Position numbers and translations under genes: made by a program
Source of the DNA: Azolla caroliniana
Lineage: Eukaryota; Plantae; Polypodiophyta
Assembly: GCA_043228905.1 (NCBI GenBank)
Contig: JBHGNT010000003.1
Span: 20,832,001-20,896,000 of the forward strand
Direction: 5' to 3'
DNA length: 64,000 bases
Shown here: positions 59,444-64,000 of the stretch, piece after piece
Numbering within the stretch: position 1 is the first letter of the stretch
Layout of the letters: every line of letters begins with the position of its first letter
Notes under the pieces: generated by a model
Told to the model about the DNA's origin: nothing
What the model saw: the letters and a program-made list of their open reading frames with translations, nothing else
The model's database searches: none

Positions 59444-62379
59444 ACACCGACTCACGCACACACACGCACACACCCTTATGTACAGGAAAGGCAGGAAAGG
59501 GGAAGCACTCGACGCCAATCGAAGACGCGAATATACACAGACAGATGCAAACGTATATATATATATAAAGAAGAATACATTCCCGGCTTCGAGCCGAGCT
59601 GAGGTAGGTTACAGTAGTCGTCTGCTGCCAAGCCGCCTTCGGGGAGCTCTCGGCTCGTTGCGCCGAGCGGGGTCTTGCACAGGAGGCCGCCAAAGCAAAC
59701 CCTAAGCAGGACACGAAGGGAGAGAAGAAGAAGAAGAAGAAGAAACTAACTCTAAACCTAACGGTATACCCTCTAATGCAAAATGGGCAACCCTTACACA
59801 AAGGGCGTTCCCTTCCTTTTATAGAACAAGGAAAGGGATGCGTTATAATATGGGACAAATCCCGACTTACATGGGATCGTCTGTCCCGACTTGACTACTC
59901 TTCGGCGCCATAAAGGCGCCCTCGATATTCACACTAAATGTACACAGGTGCGTACACACGCCGCACCCCGCTGATGTAGCCAATGTTTCCCGGTTTCCGC
60001 CTCTGGCCGAAATTCTTCACGACATCCGCCCCCACCTAACTGCACGTCCACCGGTACGTGCCAAATCCGGTTGAAGGGTAAGAGATTTCGGCCGGCAAGA
60101 AACCGGTCTTCCGTGATCCGCATCCCGGCTCGCTGCCGGTTTGATCCGTCGGCTTCGATTCTTCCTTCGTGCTTACCTCCCCGTAGGCTCGTTCGACCCG
60201 TCGATGGGCCCTCTGTCGCGATCTCCGTAGTACGCGTACTTCCATTGGCCCTTGTTTGGCCGTATGAACGCCCCGCTTCCCGCCGTATGCCCGATGTCCT
60301 CCGTTTGAGGAACGCCCGTACCGGCATGCTTGGCCTTCGTTGATCATTCGCGTCGTCCTGATTGCCGTCCCATGTCGTTTCGCGTTGCCCTCGTCCTCTC
60401 GCCGCCACCTTCCTTCTCCATGGTCTTATATCGTTGCGTTGGCTCGAACTGCCATGGTCTCCGGAATAGCGTGGAAGATCCCTTTTCGGCCTGATCGCGC
60501 ATCGCCGCTTACCTGCGTACTGGTGTCCTTTGCATCCGAGGAACACCCCGTAGTAGCCCGCTTGGCCCTTCCCGTCTTTGTGCTGCTGCAATAGGTCCTG
60601 AATCTTCCGCTTGCCGTCATCCCCTCGCCCCACCAACTTGTCACCCCGGGCTTCCCGTGTCAGTCTTCGCTACTTCGACGGAGCTACCGAGATCTACGAA
60701 GCGAGTGTGGAGGATCCTCCTCCGGCCTCTCTTGCCATTCCTTGACTCCGACCCTGTGCAGTTCACTAGGCACTCGCCACCCCGTTCCCGGCACCTCTCT
60801 TTTACCGTCTTTCTCTTCCTTCGTTCGGCACCGCCCGTGCCGAACACTGTCCCGTAGTCACGCTTTGATCCGGCCCGCGATGGCCACTTGCGAGACTCTT
60901 ATTCCGTCCCAAGTATGCCTTTCCGGCCCGACACACCTCCCCGTGTTTGCCCCTATCGGCTCCTTCCGAAACCTTGTGTTGCCGGGTCCCGTTCCCTGCC
61001 GCCACTGTCCTTCTCCCTAGGTCCCACGTTGCCACGTTGGCCGAACTGCCGGGTCTCCGGATCGGTGTGAGGGTCCCATAGGACCGGACTCCGTGTCTAT
61101 GCTTGCCGAAATTCGGGTGTCTTTTGTTTGAGTTCCTCCCGGACTCTCCTCGTGTCTTTCGTGTAGTCGGGTCCCGTTTCCCGCAGCCACCAACCTTCTC
61201 TCTCGGTCTCATGTTGCCACGTTGGACGAACTGCCGGAGTCTCTGGTTAAGTGTGGGGATCCCGTAGGACCGAACTTCCTTACGCCCATAGCCTTCGTCA
61301 CCTCGCCGCCACCGTCAGTATCTTGGTCTTACGTCGACCGCGTTGCCGACTGCCGAAGTCTCTAGAACCGGTGTGAAGGATCCTCCTTGGGCGTTCGTCG
61401 CCTCCTTGACCCTGTCCCGGGTCGTCCCTTTCCGCATGCCGAGAGGGCGTTTTGTTCCACACCCTCTCCCGTGGTACCGACGTACCATCTCCTCGGCCTC
61501 TCCGTAGGCCTGCTCTCTTCCTCCCTCCCGGAATGGTCATCCGGGAGTCCGCTCCGCCCGGTTCTCGTCCGGGTCCGTTCATCCTTCTCCGTATTGTCGG
61601 GTCCCGTTCTCCTATCTCCACCGATCTCTCTTATAGGACTCACGCCGGCACTCGGGCCTGCAGCCGGATCGGTGTAAGGAATCCCATAGGACCAGCTTCC
61701 ATTCTCTTTCCAAATCTCGACCTTCGCCCGGTCGGTCTTTCTCCCCATGTAAAAGAGGGCGGCTCGTCCCGCACCCTCTCCCGTATCGGCACCTTTATGC
61801 CGAATCCGGCCCCGCTCGAACAACCCACGACCTGATCACGCTCCACCCGTATCGGAATGCGGATCTCCTCGTGCCGCGTCCGTCCTCGGCCTCCTCACAG
61901 GCCGTTTCCCATCCGTCTTCGTTGGCATCGTGCCAGGACCCCTCGGTACCGCCATCCATCTCCTCGGTCTTACATGGGCATACGGGCCCGAATGCCGAGT
62001 TCTCCGGAATCGGTTCCGTGGGCTTTCGTCCGCTCCTTCCCCGTATCGTCTCGCCGGTGATTCTTGGCCTTTCGCCGCCGCCTTCCTCCGCTTGGGACTC
62101 ACGTGGGCACTCGGGCCCGACTGTCATCGTCTCAGAAGCAAGTGTGGGAAGACACAAAGAATCACTCGTCCGTTTTTCGCCCTTGTCCATAGCCACCGAC
62201 TCTTCGTGGTCGGCGGTCGTCTTCTTAGCGATCTCGCAAAGCCCGTCTTGGCTCGCTTCTCCAATGACCGGGGTTTCGGACTGACACGCCCGAAACCGTT
62301 GGTCCCAACTATCCGGTTCCGCGATCTGTATCTCGGCCTCGTCCTTGGCCGTTCTATCTCCACAAGTCGAGAGGGCGTT

Positions 62380-62992
62380 TCATTCCACACCCTCTCCCAT
62401 CGTACCGTCGTACCGATCTTCCGCCGCTGCATGGGGCAGGTCCGTCTCCTCAGTCTCGGCTTGCGGCCTCCGTCTTTCCTCTTCCTCGAGCATCGCCTCG
62501 AGAGCTGCGTACGCCTCCGCTATCCTGGCCCCAACGCCGACCCTTGCCGACTCTCTTTGCCGTTCGGCCTCTTCCCGCTGTGATGGCACGCCGTCGCGTA
62601 CCTTCCTCTTAGCCTTCTCGGCTCGCTCGTTGTCTAGCCGTTGGCACACCCTTCCGACCTTCGACCAGTCCTCCGTAAGCCTTCGGGAGCGCCTCTTTGA
62701 AGGCCTCCCACGAACTATGAGCCTCACAGAGCTCCTTTATTTCCGCATGCATCCGGACAGCCACAACCCGACAGAAGAACTCCAGCCACAACGCCTCGTC
62801 TACGCCACGCTCCTCCGTTTCCGCGTTGTAGGCTTCCAAGTAAGATGGGACTTTGTCCCCGTTGAAACGACCGACTCTTTTGACCACTCGCTCAACCGCT
62901 TGTTGCGCTGCTTCTCGCCTCATCACCACTCGTGCCGACTCCAACACCACTTCGGCCACCATCTCCACAAGGTCGTCGTCTTCCGACTCCAT
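62380..62992 (-). pseudogene. Element J capsid-like Gag remnant with internal deletion
   Basis: AVERVVKRVGRFNGDKVPSYLEAYNAE...WEAFKEAL, then LTEDWSKV; homologous to B and C Gag N-termini. Confidence 0.82.
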
Positions 62993-63007
62993 CCTCCCTT
63001 GCCGCCT

Positions 63008-63025
63008 TTCACGTCGGGTTCACCA
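63008..63025 (-). promoter_or_regulatory. tRNA-Trp PBS (element J)
   Basis: Same 18-mer as B and C, 4 nt from the LTR. Confidence 0.88.
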
Positions 63026-63164
63026 AAGATGTCGCGTTGTTACGCGCGTGCGTGGAGAAAGGCAGGACCACGGGGGTCTTGGACCAGGGAGTGACGGAGC
63101 GTAGGAAGTCGTGCTTCACTGTTTCTGGGGCATCTCAGAAGCACACCGGAAGCAACCGAAGGGG

Positions 63165-63196
<32 letters not shown>

Positions 63197-64000
63197 TTAA
63201 CACCGACTCACGCACACACACGCACACACCCTTATGTACAGGAAAGGCAGGAAAGGGGAAGCACCCGACGCCAATCGAAGACGCGAATATACACAGACAG
63301 ACGCAAACGTATATATATATATATATAAAGAAGAATACATTCCCGGCTTCAAGCCGGGCTGAGGTAGGTTACAGTAGTCGTCTGCTGCCAAGCCGCCGTC
63401 GGCGAGCTCTCGGCTCGTCGCGCCGAGCGGGGCCTTGCACAGGAGGCCGCCAAAGCAAACCCTAAGCAAGACACGAAGGGGGAGAAGAAGAAGAAGAAGA
63501 AGAAACTAACTCTAAACCTAACGGTATACCCTCTAATGCAAAATGGGCAACCCTTACACAAAGGGTGTTCCCTTCCTTTTATAGAACAAGGAAAGGGATG
63601 CGTTATAATGTGGGACAAATCCCGACTTACATGGGATCGTCTGTCCCGACTTGACTACTCTTCGGCACCATAAAGGCGCCCTCGATATTCACACTAAATG
63701 TACACGGGTGTGTACACACGCCGCACCCCGCCGATGTAGCCAATGTTTCCCGGTTTCCGCCTCTGGCCAAAATTCTTCACGACAACGTTGTCTCTCTCTC
63801 TCTCTCTCCCTCTGTGTCTATCTTGCTCGTGCATACATAGGATCTTCTTCATCACGAATGTTGCTTGCACTTCCGCATTGACGGCCTTGTCCCCAACACG
63901 AGGAACTAGTAGGATGACCGATTATCCTTCCTGGTCACAAACAAAGTCAATAGAGCTAAATTCATTGTGGACCATACTTGTAAGTCTAACAACATGGCAG

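Larger units (their letters stand above)
59271..63784 (-). mobile_element. Element J: non-autonomous Trp-family LTR element (4.5 kb, gag remnant plus repeats)
   Basis: LTRs 63030-63784 and 59271-60024, TSD ACGT (59267-59270 / 63785-63788), PBS 63008-63025, PPT 60025-60037. No pol. Confidence 0.95.
53486..63898 (+). mobile_element. Copia I, degraded; 3' LTR split by element J
   Basis: 5' LTR 53486-53785 and PBS TGGTATCAAAGC at 53788. Gag CKYCKKPGH, PR WLLDSGAS, IN HSDVCGP, RT YVDD, RH ending 58879. 3' LTR 59081-59270 plus 63789-63898. No matching TSD. Confidence 0.93.

Overview
Land-plant nuclear DNA. A non-seed plant such as a fern is the best inference, from Tcn1-like chromoviruses, PLS-class PPR debris and an unusual FLDD-type Ty3/gypsy family. 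Most of the window is nested LTR retrotransposons. There is one intact host gene, a two-exon plastid thioredoxin m (35185..39829), plus a PPR pseudogene and a 100-N assembly gap. Three nests were resolved by LTR pairs and target-site duplications (TSDs). (1) Chromovirus E contains non-autonomous element A, which contains a solo LTR and full-length element B, which contains chromovirus D. (2) Copia G contains a solo LTR carrying a hAT element, plus a tandem Copia H. (3) Copia I contains a solo LTR and non-autonomous element J. The most striking system is a tRNA-Trp-primed Ty3/gypsy family (E1, A, B, C, J and one solo LTR). It makes 4-bp TSDs centred on CG (ACGG/ACGT). It encodes Gag-protease (atypical DHG active site) and RT-RH-IN in two frames, joined by a conserved G_GAU_UUU-stop slippery site and a covarying pseudoknot (predicted -1 frameshift between PR and RT). 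It also has capsid-only, repeat-array partner elements. Separately, LTRs of two unrelated gypsy lineages carry tRNA-like Pol III A/B-box modules, and both chromovirus LTRs carry heat-shock elements. All calls were made by eye, with no database searches.
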